A DNA stretch of 64,000 nt, from contig NC_068986.1 of NCBI RefSeq assembly GCF_001194135.2, positions 72,848,038 through 72,912,037 of the forward strand, read 5' to 3'. The translations under genes and the position numbers were made by a program. Below the pieces are notes generated by a model. It was not told where the DNA came from. It searched no databases and saw nothing but the letters and a program-made list of their open reading frames with translations. The stretch comes from Octopus bimaculoides (lineage: Eukaryota). Positions 1-12,902 of the stretch are shown here, in pieces; position 1 is the stretch's first letter, and every line of letters starts with the position of its first letter.

Positions 1-540
1 TGGGTTCAAGTCTCATTGCATGGCACCTTGGGTAAGTGTCTCCTACTGTAGCCTTGGGCTGACCAAAGCCTTGTGAGGCTAGCATCCTAGAGGTCTGTGG
101 GGTGTTTTGTGGATTTCATAGATAGAAACTGAAAGAAATCCATTATATGTGTGTATATATCATCATCAACATCATCAGCATTTAACGTCCACCTTCCATG
201 CTGGTATGGGTTGGATGGTTTGACAGGAGCTGGCCAGGCAGGAGCTTGCACCAGACTTCTGTGTCTGGGTTGGCGGGGTTTTTATGGCTGTCTATGTATG
301 TATATATATATGTACATATTTATGTTTGTGTATCTTTGTGCCTGTGTTTGTTCCCCACCACTACTTGACAACTGGTGTTGGTGTGTTTACATCCCTGTAA
401 CTTAGTAGTTTGGCAAAAGAGACTGATAGTATTAGTATTAGGCTTTAAAAAATTAAAAAATAAGACCTAGGGTCGATTTGTTCGACTAAAACCCTCCAAG
501 GCAGTGCCACATGAAACAAGTAAAAGATAAAAGATAAAAT
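1..540 (+). mobile_element. tRNA-derived SINE family A, older copy with insertions
   Basis: Matches the 1635-2042 copy (ccttgggcaagtgtc...gaaacaagtaaaag). Interrupted by a 32-bp insert and an RTE-type tail at ~163-290 (-). Confidence 0.7.
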
Positions 541-1037
541 AGTAGGAAAAAAATAAATTAAATCTTATGAGTTTTCTTAATGACCAAAAATGGACTTTAA
601 AGATTATAAAGTCCACTACAGTTCGTGTATGACAATAAAAAAAAAAGTTAGATATTGATTAAGATACTAACAGAAACACAATTTATTGATTTTTTTTGAA
701 AATTTTCATGTCATTTGTACTTATTCCTTCCATTATCATCAGCTTTAACCATATTGATCCAACTGGTTGACCTTGACCAGATATAGTCTAAAAAGTCTTT
801 TTACTTAATTATAATGAGTGCTACTCTTAAAACTGATGAAACTGTCATTATGTTTAGCAGGTCTAACAACCATATAGAGATTGCCTTATTAACTTGTGAT
901 AGCTCTAAGTAGAGACCACAGAAGGTATAAGTCATGGCTTTAAGCAGCAGCATTTATACGACTGAAAACTGTATTGGTCTATAGTACTGGTTTCAATTCT
1001 TCCCCTGTTAAAGACATAACTCTAATAGACTAAAGTC

Positions 1038-1075
<38 letters not shown>

Positions 1076-1634
1076 CAGAAATTGAACCTGAATACTGGCT
1101 CCCATCCTAGAGCTCTGTGCATGGTTGTTGGTCAGAATTTATACATTTTTTCAACTAAGAATTTTTCATTTATATATCTGAGCCCCTCCCCCACCACAAA
1201 AAACCCCACAGATCTCTAGGATGCTAGCCATTCAAGTGTATTTATTGGCCAGAAATTGGAGTGTGTGTTGGTGTAGAACTTCATACTAATCAGTTGAGTG
1301 GCACAGGTATATAAATAAACAATTGTTTGTTGAAAATGTATAAAATCAGACTCAACTGATTAGCATGAAGTTGCTCACCATGACATTCCAGCCTCTGACC
1401 AAGAAATACACTATTACTTCTTCCTGCTTTTTCTAGAGTGGCCACTGCTCTTCAGATATGGCCAATCTCATTTCACATTTACTCAGTCACTCATGTCTCT
1501 TCTTCTTGTCACTAGTATGTCTACTTCTATTTCAGTCATCCTCACACAAACTGCCATATACAATTTTTTTCTCTAAGAATGTCTCTCCTGTGGGACTGCC
1601 TCCCTGTTCATATTTTTCCTGCAACTATCAACAT

Positions 1635-2042
1635 AGGCGCAGGAGTGGTTGTGTGGTAAGTAGCTTGCTTACCAACCACATGGTTCCAGGTTCAGTCCCA
1701 CTGCGTGGCATCTAGGGCAAGTGTCTTCTACTATAGCCTTGGGCCGACCAAAGCCTTGTGAGTGGATTTGGTAGATGGAAACTGAAAGAAGTCCGTTGTA
1801 TATATGTATATATATATATGTGTGTGTGTATGTTTGTGTGTCTGTGTTTGTCCCCCCTAGCATTGCTTGACAACCGATGCTGGTGTGTTTATGTCCCCAT
1901 AACTTAGCGGTTCGGCAAAAGAGACCGATAGAATAAGTACTAGACTTACAAAGAATAAGTCCCAGGGTCGATTTGCTCGACTAAAGGTGGTGCTCCAGCA
2001 TAGCCACAGTCAAATGACTGAAACAAGTAAAAGAGTAAAGAG
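1635..2042 (+). mobile_element. tRNA-derived SINE family A, full-length young copy
   Basis: A/B-box-like head (gtgtggtaag...ggttcagtccc), central (TA/TG)n, (AAAGAGT)n tail; more than 10 copies in the window. Confidence 0.9.
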
Positions 2043-2526
2043 TATACAAGTCTTTGTCAATACCCACATAACTCAAAAAGGTCCATGAAGGCCAGGAGCT
2101 CAGTGCTTTTCTCTATAATCTACAAAAAACAAAACATACCCTTTCTTTATCCATCTTCATCCTAGTTACATTTTAGTAACTTAAGAACATGTTGGGGAAG
2201 CAAATACTGTTAGATATATAAGAACAGAGATAAATCTGAATTTAAGCATTCAATGTTTACTTTATATAGAAGAAAGTTTACATCATATAAATGATTAACC
2301 CTTTATCATTTAAACTGGCCATATCTGGTCCAAATATTCTGCCTGTTTTCTGTTCAAACTGAGCAGATTTGGCCTCTCACACCTACCCTACAAACTCATA
2401 TTAAAAATAAAAAGTCACATCATTGAAATCTCAAAACTATGAGATAGTGTATGATTAATTCAAAACAATGTGAATGAATAAGCATTACATTTAATAATCT
2501 GAATGCTAAAGGATTCATTTGAAATA

Positions 2527-2700
2527 ATCCTTTCTACTTTAGGCACAAGGCTTGACATTTTGTGAGAGAGGGCTAGTTGATTACATTGACCCTAAAAGGC
2601 AAAGTCAACCTTGGTAAAATTTGAACTCAATGTAGACACATGAAATGCCACTAAGCATTTTGTTTGGTGTGCTAATGATTGTACCAGCTTACTGCCTTGT
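2527..2700 (-). mobile_element. tRNA-derived SINE family C
   Basis: aaaggcaaagtcaacc...aatttgaactc...ctaagcatttt motif. Further copies at 5640-5820 (-) and 50115-50250 (+). Confidence 0.7.
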
Positions 2701-3081
2701 TTATGAAATAATAAAAATTTATAAATAGGCAGGATGTCATATGGTCAAGTTACATCATTAACTGTTAATCTGTCTAACGTGAACATGCTCCAGCATGACT
2801 GAAGCAAGTAAAAGAATATACAAAATATAATTGGAAATAATTATGTACTAAATTAAAGACGATGTTATTTCAATGATTTAATATAATTTTAATTATTTCA
2901 GAAAGTAAAGGAGACAGGAAATCTTTGTCAACATTTTATTAAACTATTACAGTATAGCAAGATCATTATCATTAACATTATCAGCAGAATTATGTCAAAA
3001 TCCCAATAAAATTATTCATGTTATTGTTTTCCTGAGATAAAATGAAATAAATCCAATTATTTTTTGCTTTATTTATCAATA

Positions 3082-3474
3082 TGTGTTGTGTGTTGGCACT
3101 CCATCGCTTACGACGTCGTGGGTTCCAGTTGATCCGATCAACGGAACAGCCTGCTCGTGAAATTAACGTGCAAGTGGCTGAGCACACCACAGACACGTGT
3201 GCTCTTAACGTAGTTCTCTGGGGATATTTAGCGTGACACAGAGTGTAACAAGGCTGACCCTTTGAATTACAGGCACAACAGAAACAGGAAGTAAGAGTGA
3301 GAGAAAGTTGTGGTGAAAGAGTACAGCAGGGTTTGCCACCATCCCCTGCCGGAGCCTCGTAGAGCTTTAGGTGTTTTCGCTCAATAAACACTCACAACGC
3401 TTGGTCTGGGAATCGAAACCGCGATCCTACAACCGTGAGTCCGCTGCCCTAACCACTGGGCCATTGCGCCTCCA
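3082..3474 (-). mobile_element. tRNA-derived SINE family B (possibly Nin-domain type)
   Basis: tRNA-like head at 3474-3400 (tggcccagtggttagggc...ggtttcgattccc). The body is shared with 60258-60578. Confidence 0.8.
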
Positions 3475-5071
3475 CTATCAATATGTACCAACTCCTTTAA
3501 AAGAAGCTAAGGATCCATTACACAATTCACCTCTGTAATGGTCTCTAATACAACTAAAGCTTTAATTGCTGCTCTTATTGTCATCATAATTGCCACCTTT
3601 GTCATAGACATCGTCATCATTGTTTCAGATTAGTCTGAATCAAGTAAATCTATAATCAAAAATGTTTCAGCTATTATCCTATCTTTTGTATATCAAGCAA
3701 GCCATTATTAAAATATTCTTTTTTAAGACAGTAAGGGGTTATTTGAGATCAATGAGGTTGTTATTTCTAGCAGGACAAGTGACAATGTTGAGGCTCTCTC
3801 TTTGGCTCAACTCTGGGCTTTTTTCAGTTTGTGGCAACTGCTAAGATCAGGTACTGGCAATTTGTTTTTTGTGAAACAGGCCACATGAGACATGGCACAT
3901 CATCAGGCAGGCTGCAAACTAAAAAATTGAAGGTGCCATTCAGAAAGTCCCATGGATAGCAGTTTGCCGATGACTTACTTAGATACGTCTTCCTTGGCTC
4001 AACAAGAACTTAATTTCAAAAATAATAAAATGAAATGAAGCTATTCTATAACTAGAAATATTACCAGGGATTGCAGAAATTGAGAGAATGAGAACAAGTA
4101 TATGTTCAGAGAAAAACAGTGCTGTGTTTGTGGAAATATCTTGTTACAGTTGTATAAAGTTCAAAATGTGATGAATTTTGATATTGCTGTTGTATTAAAC
4201 AATGACTGCTTTTACCAAGCTGTTTTAGATATAGTCAAGGTGTCACGGAAGTGAACAAGGTTGAATATATGAGAATAGAAACAAATCTGAATTTAGGCAT
4301 GCAATGTTCACCATGCAAAGAAGGAAGGAAGGAAGAAAGAAAGAAGGAAAGAAAGTTTGCATCATAGAAATGATTAATTGGAAATAATAAACATTATAAA
4401 TACTTTCTGTTAGTAATTATCAAAAATAACTGTAAAAAATTATTGTCTTCATAATAGCCATAAGTAATTAAGACAGAATGTCATAGTCAAGTTATGTCAT
4501 TAATAAACTAAATATATTTAATGTTGCAAACATAAAAAACATATAGAGGTAATTATGTAATGAATAGAAGACAATATTAATTCAATGATTTATTTTATTT
4601 CAGCAAACAGAGGTTACAGCAAATTTTTGTTACTGTATTTTCCGGTATACAAGTTGAATTTTTTGAGACAAAATTTACAGTTGAAAAAGATTGGTTGACT
4701 TACACACCAACATGGTTCTTCAAATGTTACAGAAAGGAAGGGGACAGGAATTTGCTGTAGACTGGTGTGTTTGTTTGAAGTGTATGAATTCCTAGAAGTA
4801 GATGGGGAGCTGGAGTTAATAGATTGGTGGGTTGAGGTCATGACTCAAATGATGGTATGTGATCATTACTTGGGAAGATAAGGTGTTGGAAGAAGGAAAT
4901 TGGGGTGTTCATACTACTAACTAGCTGTGCTTGCCAAGCAGGACTCACTAGGAAACAGATACTGCTTCACCAGTGAACCTTGAAAAAAGGGAGACTGGGG
5001 CATAAAAGAGAGTGAGGAAGATGATGATAAAAAGACAATAATAGTTATAATAATAGTCCTTTCTACTAGAG

Positions 5072-5632
5072 CAGGGGGTCAGGGAACTTTTTTAACCAAT
5101 TACCCCAAGATATACTTATTTACATCAACATTACCCCCTTGATTCAAAAGGAAGAAAATCATATATTCTTTGAATTCAAAAGGTTTATTGAATCTATTTA
5201 TATGGAGAATACAATTATAAATATAAGAAGTATAAAACAAATGTGATAAAATAAATTAATATCCTCATTATGGAACAAAACGATTTTTCTAGAAACTTTT
5301 TCACTTCAGGTTTTGGAGAAATGATGTTTCATCTTGGAGAAATGATGTTTCATTTTGATGCCAGAGCAATTTGGATACAGTCTTCAGGGTCAGATTCATT
5401 TCTCTGCTTTATTTTTATGTTCATTAAAGTGGAAAATCCTTGTTTGTAAAGGTAGGTGGTTTCAAATGGCAACAACTTTTTGACTGTCTCCTCATGCTAG
5501 AAGAAAAATATCTGTCATAACAAGGAACACGTTTTTTATATAATTTTACTTATGTCTAATAAGTCCTCATCACCCCCAAGAATTTCATTTTTACCCCACT
5601 TAGTGTAATTTACCCTGATTCACTGACCCCTA
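5072..5632 (-). mobile_element. Non-autonomous hAT (Charlie-like) element with transposase C-terminal remnant
   Basis: TIR cagggggtca/tgaccccta; exact 8-bp TSD TACTAGAG (5064-5071, 5633-5640). The minus strand encodes LLPFETTYLYKQGFSTLMNIKIKQRN, resembling the hAT dimerisation region. Confidence 0.9.
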
Positions 5633-6768
5633 TACTAGAGGCATAAGGCCTGAAATTTGCGGGGAGGAGGTAAATCAATTATATCAACCCCAGTGTTGAA
5701 CTGGTACTTATTTCATCAACCCCAAAAGGATGAAAGGCAAAGTTGACCTGAGTTGGAATTTGAACTCAGAATGTAAAGATGGACAAAATACCACTAAGCA
5801 TTTTGCCCAGTGTGCTAGTAATAATAAACAGAGAAAGAAATTGAGGTGAGGAGTATGTCTATACATATTGATATAAGGGAGGTATGGAAGAGTATTCATT
5901 TTTCTTGGTGAGTAAAATTGCAATGTGTGTGTGTGTGTGTGTGCGTGCGTGCGTGTGTGCGTGCGTGCGTGTGTGCGTGCGTGCGTGTGTGTGTGTGTGT
6001 GTGCCAGATAATTCTTCTCTGAAAAATTAAACAAATGACTGCTATCTCTCAGTAAGCTTGAGGCTATTTCATTTAAAATCGGTAATTATGTAATAATAAT
6101 TGTCCTGTTGATAATGATGTCAAATATATTTTTTGATCTTACTAACAATTATACATGCAACAAAAGATTACTAGTGAATGATAAGACATGTTTTGATTAG
6201 ATATTAACCATTAAGCAGAGATTATTAATCTGAGTGAATGCACTAGATGAGGAGCCACAATGTAAACCTTGTACTTCAAAAATAAGTAAGACAATTTGAA
6301 ATAAAAGAAGTAACTGTAATTGTTATAATATTTTTTTTATTTTTCAATGAGGCTGTTTCAGAGAAATTAAACTCTGGGAAAATTTCAAATGAATTCATTG
6401 GAATGATTTCCCATTGCCTTCTTCACCCTCATAGAAGGAATTCAAATTCAATGCTGCAAACAAGTAAAACACTTAATAATTATACGGTACCCTACTCTAG
6501 TTCTGGCATTTACTGCTAGATGGATGGAGTTTGACTATAGACACTGTTATCAGCAGTTATAGTAGCAGGCTACACACCATTACCCTTCAGCTAGTAGTGC
6601 AACACCATATTCATGAAACATGGTGCATCATCTGGAGGGCTACACTACTAAAAAAATTCAAGGTAATTTTTCATTAGGTGTGCCATTAAGAACGCCTTGT
6701 GGGCCATAAGCTGCCCATGATTGACCTAGATCATTTGTAGCCCCTTAGAAAAAGTTAGTTTCCTTTAA

Positions 6769-7906
6769 CCCTTTAACATTTAGATTACTCTGTCAAATGT
6801 AATGCTTGTTTATTCACATTGTTTTCAGTAGTGGGAGTGGATTCTCTGAGAGTGTAGGTGTTAGAATAAGAATAGCCTGGGCAAAGTTCAGAGAGCTCCT
6901 ATCTCTGCTGGTAATGAAGGACTTCTCACACAGAGTGAAAGGTAGACTATATGATGTCCGAGCATGAACAGCCATGCTACACAGCAATGAAACATGGGCT
7001 GTGACTGCTGAGGACATGCGTAGGCTTGAAAGAAATGAAGCTAGTATGCTCCACTGGAAGTGTGCATACACAACAGAATGTAAGCGCCCTGAGAGAAAAG
7101 TTGGACATAAGAAGCATCAGATGTGGTGTGCAAAAGAGCCGACTGTGCTGGTATGGTCATGTGATGTATATGGATGAGGACAACTGTGTGAAGAAGTGTC
7201 ACACCCTAACAGTGGAAGACCAGGGATGGGGTGGTGAAGCACAAACTTCAAACATTGGGCCTCACAGAGGCAATGACAAACAACCAAGACCTTTGGAGCT
7301 ATGCTGTGCTTAAGAAGACCCAGTAAGCCAAGTAAAATTGTAGCCATGGCCGATGCCAGTGTCACATAACTGGCCCATTTAAAAGCACCCTTCAATCGTC
7401 AGGCAATATGCCGTGCTTTTGAAGACTTGTTGAACCAAGTGAAATCATAGTCGTGGCCGATGCCAGTGCTACCTGACTGGCACCCATGCTAGTGACATGT
7501 AAAAAGCACCATTCGAGCATGGTCGATGCCAGTACTGCCTGACTGACTCCTGTGCCAGTGACATGTAAAAAGCACCCACTACACTCTTGGAGTGGTTGGC
7601 ATTAGGAAGGGCATCCAGCTGTAGAAACCATGCCAAATCAGATTTGTGCCTGGTGCAGCCTCCCAGCTTGCCAGTCCTCAGTCAAACCATCCAACCCATT
7701 GCAGCATGGAAAGCGGACGTTAAATGACGATGATGATGATGATGATTGTTTTGAATTAATCATCTTATAACCTTAAAATTTCAATGATGCAAATATTTAT
7801 TTTTAGAATGATATTATAGGGTAGGTGTGAGAGGCCAGATCTGGCCAGTTTGAACATAAAATAGGTAGAATGAATGGGCCGGATAGCCAGATTAAATGCT
7901 AAAGGG
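6769..7906. mobile_element. piggyBac-like MITE (TTAA TSD) split by an RTE insertion
   Basis: ttaa|ccctttaacatt ... aatgctaaaggg|ttaa. The internal sequence resumes after 7752 as in intact copies. Confidence 0.8.
6826..7744 (+). mobile_element. 5'-truncated RTE-clade LINE (ORF C-terminus, 3'UTR, (GAT)n tail)
   Basis: Peptides RIRIAWAKFREL, LHSNETWAVT, RLCWYGHV; 8-bp TSD ATTGTTTT (6818-6825, 7745-7752). Confidence 0.9.
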
Positions 7907-8546
7907 TTAAATCAATGTGAGCCTAGACTTCTTGTCTTTAGATAGATCCAGTTATGGGTCATTTTAAAAGGCTGATATGAAATATCTTACTCATTTATGT
8001 GGTGACACATAAAAGGCACCCATGCTGGGGACATGTAAAAGGCACCCATGTCATTCACATGTGAAAGTCACCAGTGCCGGTGACACATAAAAGGCACCCT
8101 TTACACTCTGTAAGGTGGTTGGCATTAGGAAGGGCATCCAACTGTAGAAACCAAGCTAAAAAACAGACTGGAACCTGATGTAGCTCTCTGGCCCATCAGT
8201 TCCAATTAAACTGTCTAACTCATACCGGCATGGAAAATAGACACTAAATGATGATGAATTCATTTTCTGCACCAATCCAGGAAGTCTGTATTTGTAATCT
8301 TTTAATTTTCTCTTGAGAAATGATAAAGGTTGATTTTATCTATAGTTTTGCACTTAGCAATCTGATGTGTTTGTATCATGACAAAAATCAATTAGTTAAG
8401 TCCAGCTGAACAAATAAGGCTTTTATTTAGCAACAAAATTTTAATTCCAAGAAGTCTTAACTTATAAAGAAATTATTGCCTTTAATTAACTTTCTTTAAT
8501 TATCAGAGTAGCCTCTTTTCTAAATTGTAAAGCTCATGACTTTCTT

Positions 8547-10008
8547 GGTCAATATACAGTTTAAGCCCTGGTCACAAAAACTTTTTCAAAAAAGCCCAGC
8601 CTATAGGTGTAAAAAAAATGTGTAGAAAAATTTGTGCAAACGAACGGGTGGGGAGAGGATTTTTGGAAAATTCACAAGAGTCGATTTTTCCCTCTTAACT
8701 TTCAGGAAAATGGATACATATTACTGGAATTTTATAGAAATATAGTTCAAATGGCACAAATTACGATTATAAAGAAATTTGTGAGGGAAATTTTTTTCCG
8801 AAGGAGGGGATTTCGGAAAATTCACACGATTCGTTTTTTTCCCCCTCATAACTTTCAGGATCTAGTTCAGCGCCCAGTCATCAAAACGAAAAAACAAACA
8901 ATCTAATCGGTGTAATAAAATAAAAATAGGTGTAGAAAACGAATATGAAAAAAAAAATTTGCACAAACGAACGGGGGTGGAGGTGGGGGAGAGGACTTTC
9001 GGAAAATTCACATGATCCGATTTTTTCTCTCTTAACTTTCAGGAAAATGGATATCTTTTGATGAAATTTTACAGAAACACCTTTCAAACGGCATAGATTA
9101 CGATTATAAAGAAATTTGAGGGGAAAATGTTTTCCAAAGCGGTGGAGAGAGAATTGTCAGAAAATTCACNNNNNNNNNNNNNNNNNNNNNNNNNNNNNNN
9201 NNNNNNNNNNNNNNNNNNNNNNNNNNNNNNNNNNNNNNNNNNNNNNNNNNNNNNNNNNNNNNNNNNNNNNNNNNNNNNNNNNNNNNNNNNNNNNNNNNNN
9301 NNNNNNNNNNNNNNNNNNNNNNNNNNNNNNNNNNNNNNNNNNNNNNNNNNNNNNNNNNNNNNNNNNNNNNNNNNNNNNNNNNNNNNNNNNNNNNNNNNNN
9401 NNNNNNNNNNNNNNNNNNNNNNNNNNNNNNNNNNNNNNNNNNNNNNNNNNNNNNNNNNNNNNNNNNNNNNNNNNNNNNNNNNNNNNNNNNNNNNNNNNNN
9501 NNNNNNNNNNNNNNNNNNNNNNNNNNNNNNNNNNNNNNNNNNNNNNNNNNNNNNNNNNNNNNNNNNNNNNNNNNNNNNNNNNNNNNNNNNNNNNNNNNNN
9601 NNNNNNNNNNNNNNNNNNNNNNNNNNNNNNNNNNNNNNNNNNNNNNNNNNNNNNNNNNNNNNNNNNNNNNNNNNNNNNNNNNNNNNNNNNNNNNNNNNNN
9701 NNNNNNNNNNNNNNNNNNNNNNNNNNNNNNNNNNNNNNNNNNNNNNNNNNNNNNNNNNNNNNNNNNNNNNNNNNNNNNNNNNNNNNNNNNNNNNNNNNNN
9801 NNNNNNNNNNNNNNNNNNNNNNNNNNNNNNNNNNNNNNNNNNNNNNNNNNNNNNNNNNNNNNNNNNNNNNNNNNNNNNNNNNNNNCCCCCCCCCCACCTC
9901 ACCCTGGTCGTTTGCGCAAATTTTTGTTTTCTACACATTTTTTACACTTAGTAGACTGGCTTTGTTTTTTGTTGTTTTCGTGACCGGAGCTTAAATTGTA
10001 TATTGACC
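8547..10008. mobile_element. Foldback-like element with long TIRs and internal tandem subrepeats (contains gap)
   Basis: 8547-8655 is approximately the reverse complement of 9886-10008. ggaaaattcac recurs at ~8665, 8815, 9001 and 9160. Confidence 0.65.
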
Positions 10009-10062
10009 CAATTTTCTCTATTTATATTGATTTTTCACACACACACACACATTATTTTTAAA

Positions 10063-10211
10063 CCGGTACTTACTTTTTCAGTCTTTGTTGCCGAACCGCT
10101 GGTTGCCAGTTGCCAAGTACTGGTGGTGGTAGTGGAAGACAAACACAGACACACACACATACGTATGCATATATATGCATACGCACACATAATGCAAACA
10201 CACGTACGTAT

Positions 10212-10243
<32 letters not shown>

Positions 10244-10405
10244 GGCGAACTTCTTTCAGTTTCCGTCTACCAGATCCACTCACAAGGTATTGTAACTAAC
10301 ACATAGTTGTAGAAGACACTTGTCTATGTGTCCATGCAATATGACTGAACCCTGGTGCATACGAGCACAATGCAACCGTATTAACCACAGGGCAATACTC
10401 GTACA
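10063..10405 (-). mobile_element. SINE family A, degenerate
   Basis: Similar to the reverse complement of 1635-2042. Confidence 0.65.
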
Positions 10406-10499
10406 ATTCGTATTTATTTTTTTATTTATTTATACGCCTTCAAAATATGTAACAGCTTTAAGTAAAATAAAATTGTAATACAATGGTTGTCTTCCACAA

Positions 10500-11051
10500 G
10501 TAAAGTACAAGGTACAATACCTGTTATTTATTTAATTGATGCCGAAAAAGACGAAAGCAAAACTAAATGAACATCTATTTAAGAAAAATATTTTCCTAAT
10601 CCAATTATTTTCTGCGAACGAAAAAGTGATTTCTTCATCAACTTCACCCGCTTCACCATCCTTGACTGAGCAGTCGCAGCAAATCCGCCTATGATATACA
10701 CGCACTTTCTTCTTTATGTCAACTAAGCTCTCAACAGGTAGCAAATTAAATCGTTAAGTCCGTGGAATTATGCCAAATGAACATCCGAGTAAGAAATTAC
10801 GAGTGTGATCATCCGCTCATCAATCGATCTAGAATAGTGATTATGTAAACATTAATAACCCGAGCGATATTTTTAGTCACACGCGCTTAGGAAATATCAG
10901 CGCTGCAGGTCATATCTTTCCTCGTAATCAGTTCTGTATAAAAGGCCATGTGCCAACGCGATGAGGAGTTTTCAAGAAAAGCACTTATTAACAAACGTTC
11001 TTTTCATGATTTTCGATTCGTCCACTTTATACAATTTACCGAAATAGAAAT
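10500..11051 (+). promoter_or_regulatory. CpG-retaining putative promoter/5'UTR with TATA-like box (TATAAAAG, 10937-10944)
   Basis: Visibly more CpG than the flanks. TATAAAAG lies about 110 bp upstream of ATG 11052, and there is an in-frame upstream stop at 11007-11009. Confidence 0.4.
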
Positions 11052-11106
11052 ATGGACTTGGATTATTTTTCGCAGACACCGCAAGGGCAATCTCAGCTAG
11101 CCTCAG
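11052..11106 (+). CDS. Candidate first coding exon of uncharacterised gene (MDLDYFSQTPQGQSQLAS)
   Basis: ATG at 11052, donor CAG|GTAAAT, phase 1, which matches the phase-1 acceptor at 19198 (G+CA=Ala). Confidence 0.5.
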
Positions 11107-11306
11107 GTAAATAATAAACCGAACTTTTCTATGTTAAAATTGCTTGCAAATCAATCGTTGCTGTTGCTGTCAAAATAGGTGTTATTGTCGTTCTGGCTGT
11201 TTATCACACTTGATAGAAAACGGAGAAAAAAACTGTCACACATTACCCAACAGATACAAACACGTAAACACATTGATGTGCGTCTCTCTTTCCCTCTCTC
11301 TCTTTC

Positions 11307-11343
<37 letters not shown>

Positions 11344-12261
11344 ATACACATACATACATACATATACATATATATGTATGTATGTATATATATATACACA
11401 CATATACATTCATATATACATCTATAAATATATAGTTTTAGAGAAAAGAACCAAGGTTCATGAACTCATCGATGAAAATCCACTTGGATTTTTATCCCTT
11501 ATATTATTGTTATATACATATATATATATATATATATGTACACACACACAATCACCACATGTATATACATATACACACACACATATATGTATGTATATTA
11601 TACAAATATATGCATAATTTTCATTCTTTCAAGTGTTAGTGTACCTTAAATGAATAAATAATTTTAAGCAATAATCTTACTAAGGGACAAGAGCGTGAAA
11701 TCTGTCTCATTCTACTCTCTTTTTTAATGCCTATCCATGCCCACCACCTCTGTCAAAGGCATACATAATATGCTTGCTCCCTTAACAACTAGCATTACTA
11801 TCTCTACCTTACATGTATGATGTGTGGATATATTTCCTTGTCACCACAAGCTTATGTATCGGTGATGTATGTGACCCATAGAGGCCCTAAGCACTTAAAA
11901 ATTTTTGGTGTCCCCCACACATATGTAATTCAAAATATAATCAATAGTAAACCGTAAATAAATATTTCTTTTTCAAAGGGAAACAAAACTAACATTAAGA
12001 TAGAAAATAATGTTTTATTTTCCTATACTTTCACTTTAGGTATATTTGAAGTTTTCTCCTACATTTTTAATGGCAGTCTTTGATCAAAACCTGACTATGG
12101 CACCATGAACTTTTCTGATAATATAAGCCACTTTGAATATTATTTTAGCAAGTTTAAAGTTATTTCTTTTATACCATAAACCATTTACCATTTCTTTGGT
12201 ACCCCAGCTTCTCTTGATGTCCTAAGCACATGCTTATTTTGCTTAATGATTAATCCAGTGA

Positions 12262-12588
12262 AGGTGCAGCCATGCTGGAGCACTGCCTTTATTCTTTATA
12301 AGCCTAGTACTTATTCTATCGGTCTCTTTTGCCGAACATAAACACACCAGCATCAGTTGTCAAGCAATGCTATGGGGACAAACACAGACACACAAACACA
12401 CACACACATATATATACATATATACGACGGGCTTCTTTCAGTTTCCGTCTACCAAATCCACTCACAAGGCTTTGGTCGGCCCGAGGCTATAGTAGAAGAC
12501 ACTTGCCCAAGGTGCCACGCAGTGGGACTGAACCCGGAATCATGTGGTTGGTAAGCAAGCTACTTACCACACAGCCACTCCTGTGCCT
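12262..12588 (-). mobile_element. SINE family A
   Basis: Reverse-complement match including the head. Confidence 0.85.
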
Positions 12589-12805
12589 ATGTATATATGN
12601 NNNNNNNNNNNNNNNNNNNNNNNNNNNNNNNNNNNNNNNNNNNNNNNNNNNNNNNNNNNNNNNNNNNNNNNNNNNNNNNNNNNNNNNNNNNNNNNNNNNN
12701 NNNNNNNNNNNNNNNNNNNNNNNNNNNNNNNNNNNNNNNNNNNNNNNNNNNNNNNNNNNNNNNNNNNNNNNNNNNNNNNNNNNNNNNNNNNNNNNNNNNN
12801 NNNNN

Positions 12806-12850
<45 letters not shown>

Positions 12851-12859
12851 ATGTATATG

Positions 12860-12899
<40 letters not shown>

Positions 12900-12902
12900 A
12901 TC

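Noticed and set aside
3625-3995. Pseudo-exon after a good acceptor
   Set aside because: About 5 stops in ~130 codons is not clearly below chance in AT-rich DNA, and the peptide is unrecognisable.
10532-10744. Minus-strand 70-aa ORF as a divergent gene
   Set aside because: No recognisable domain and no donor before the stop; more simply part of the promoter region.
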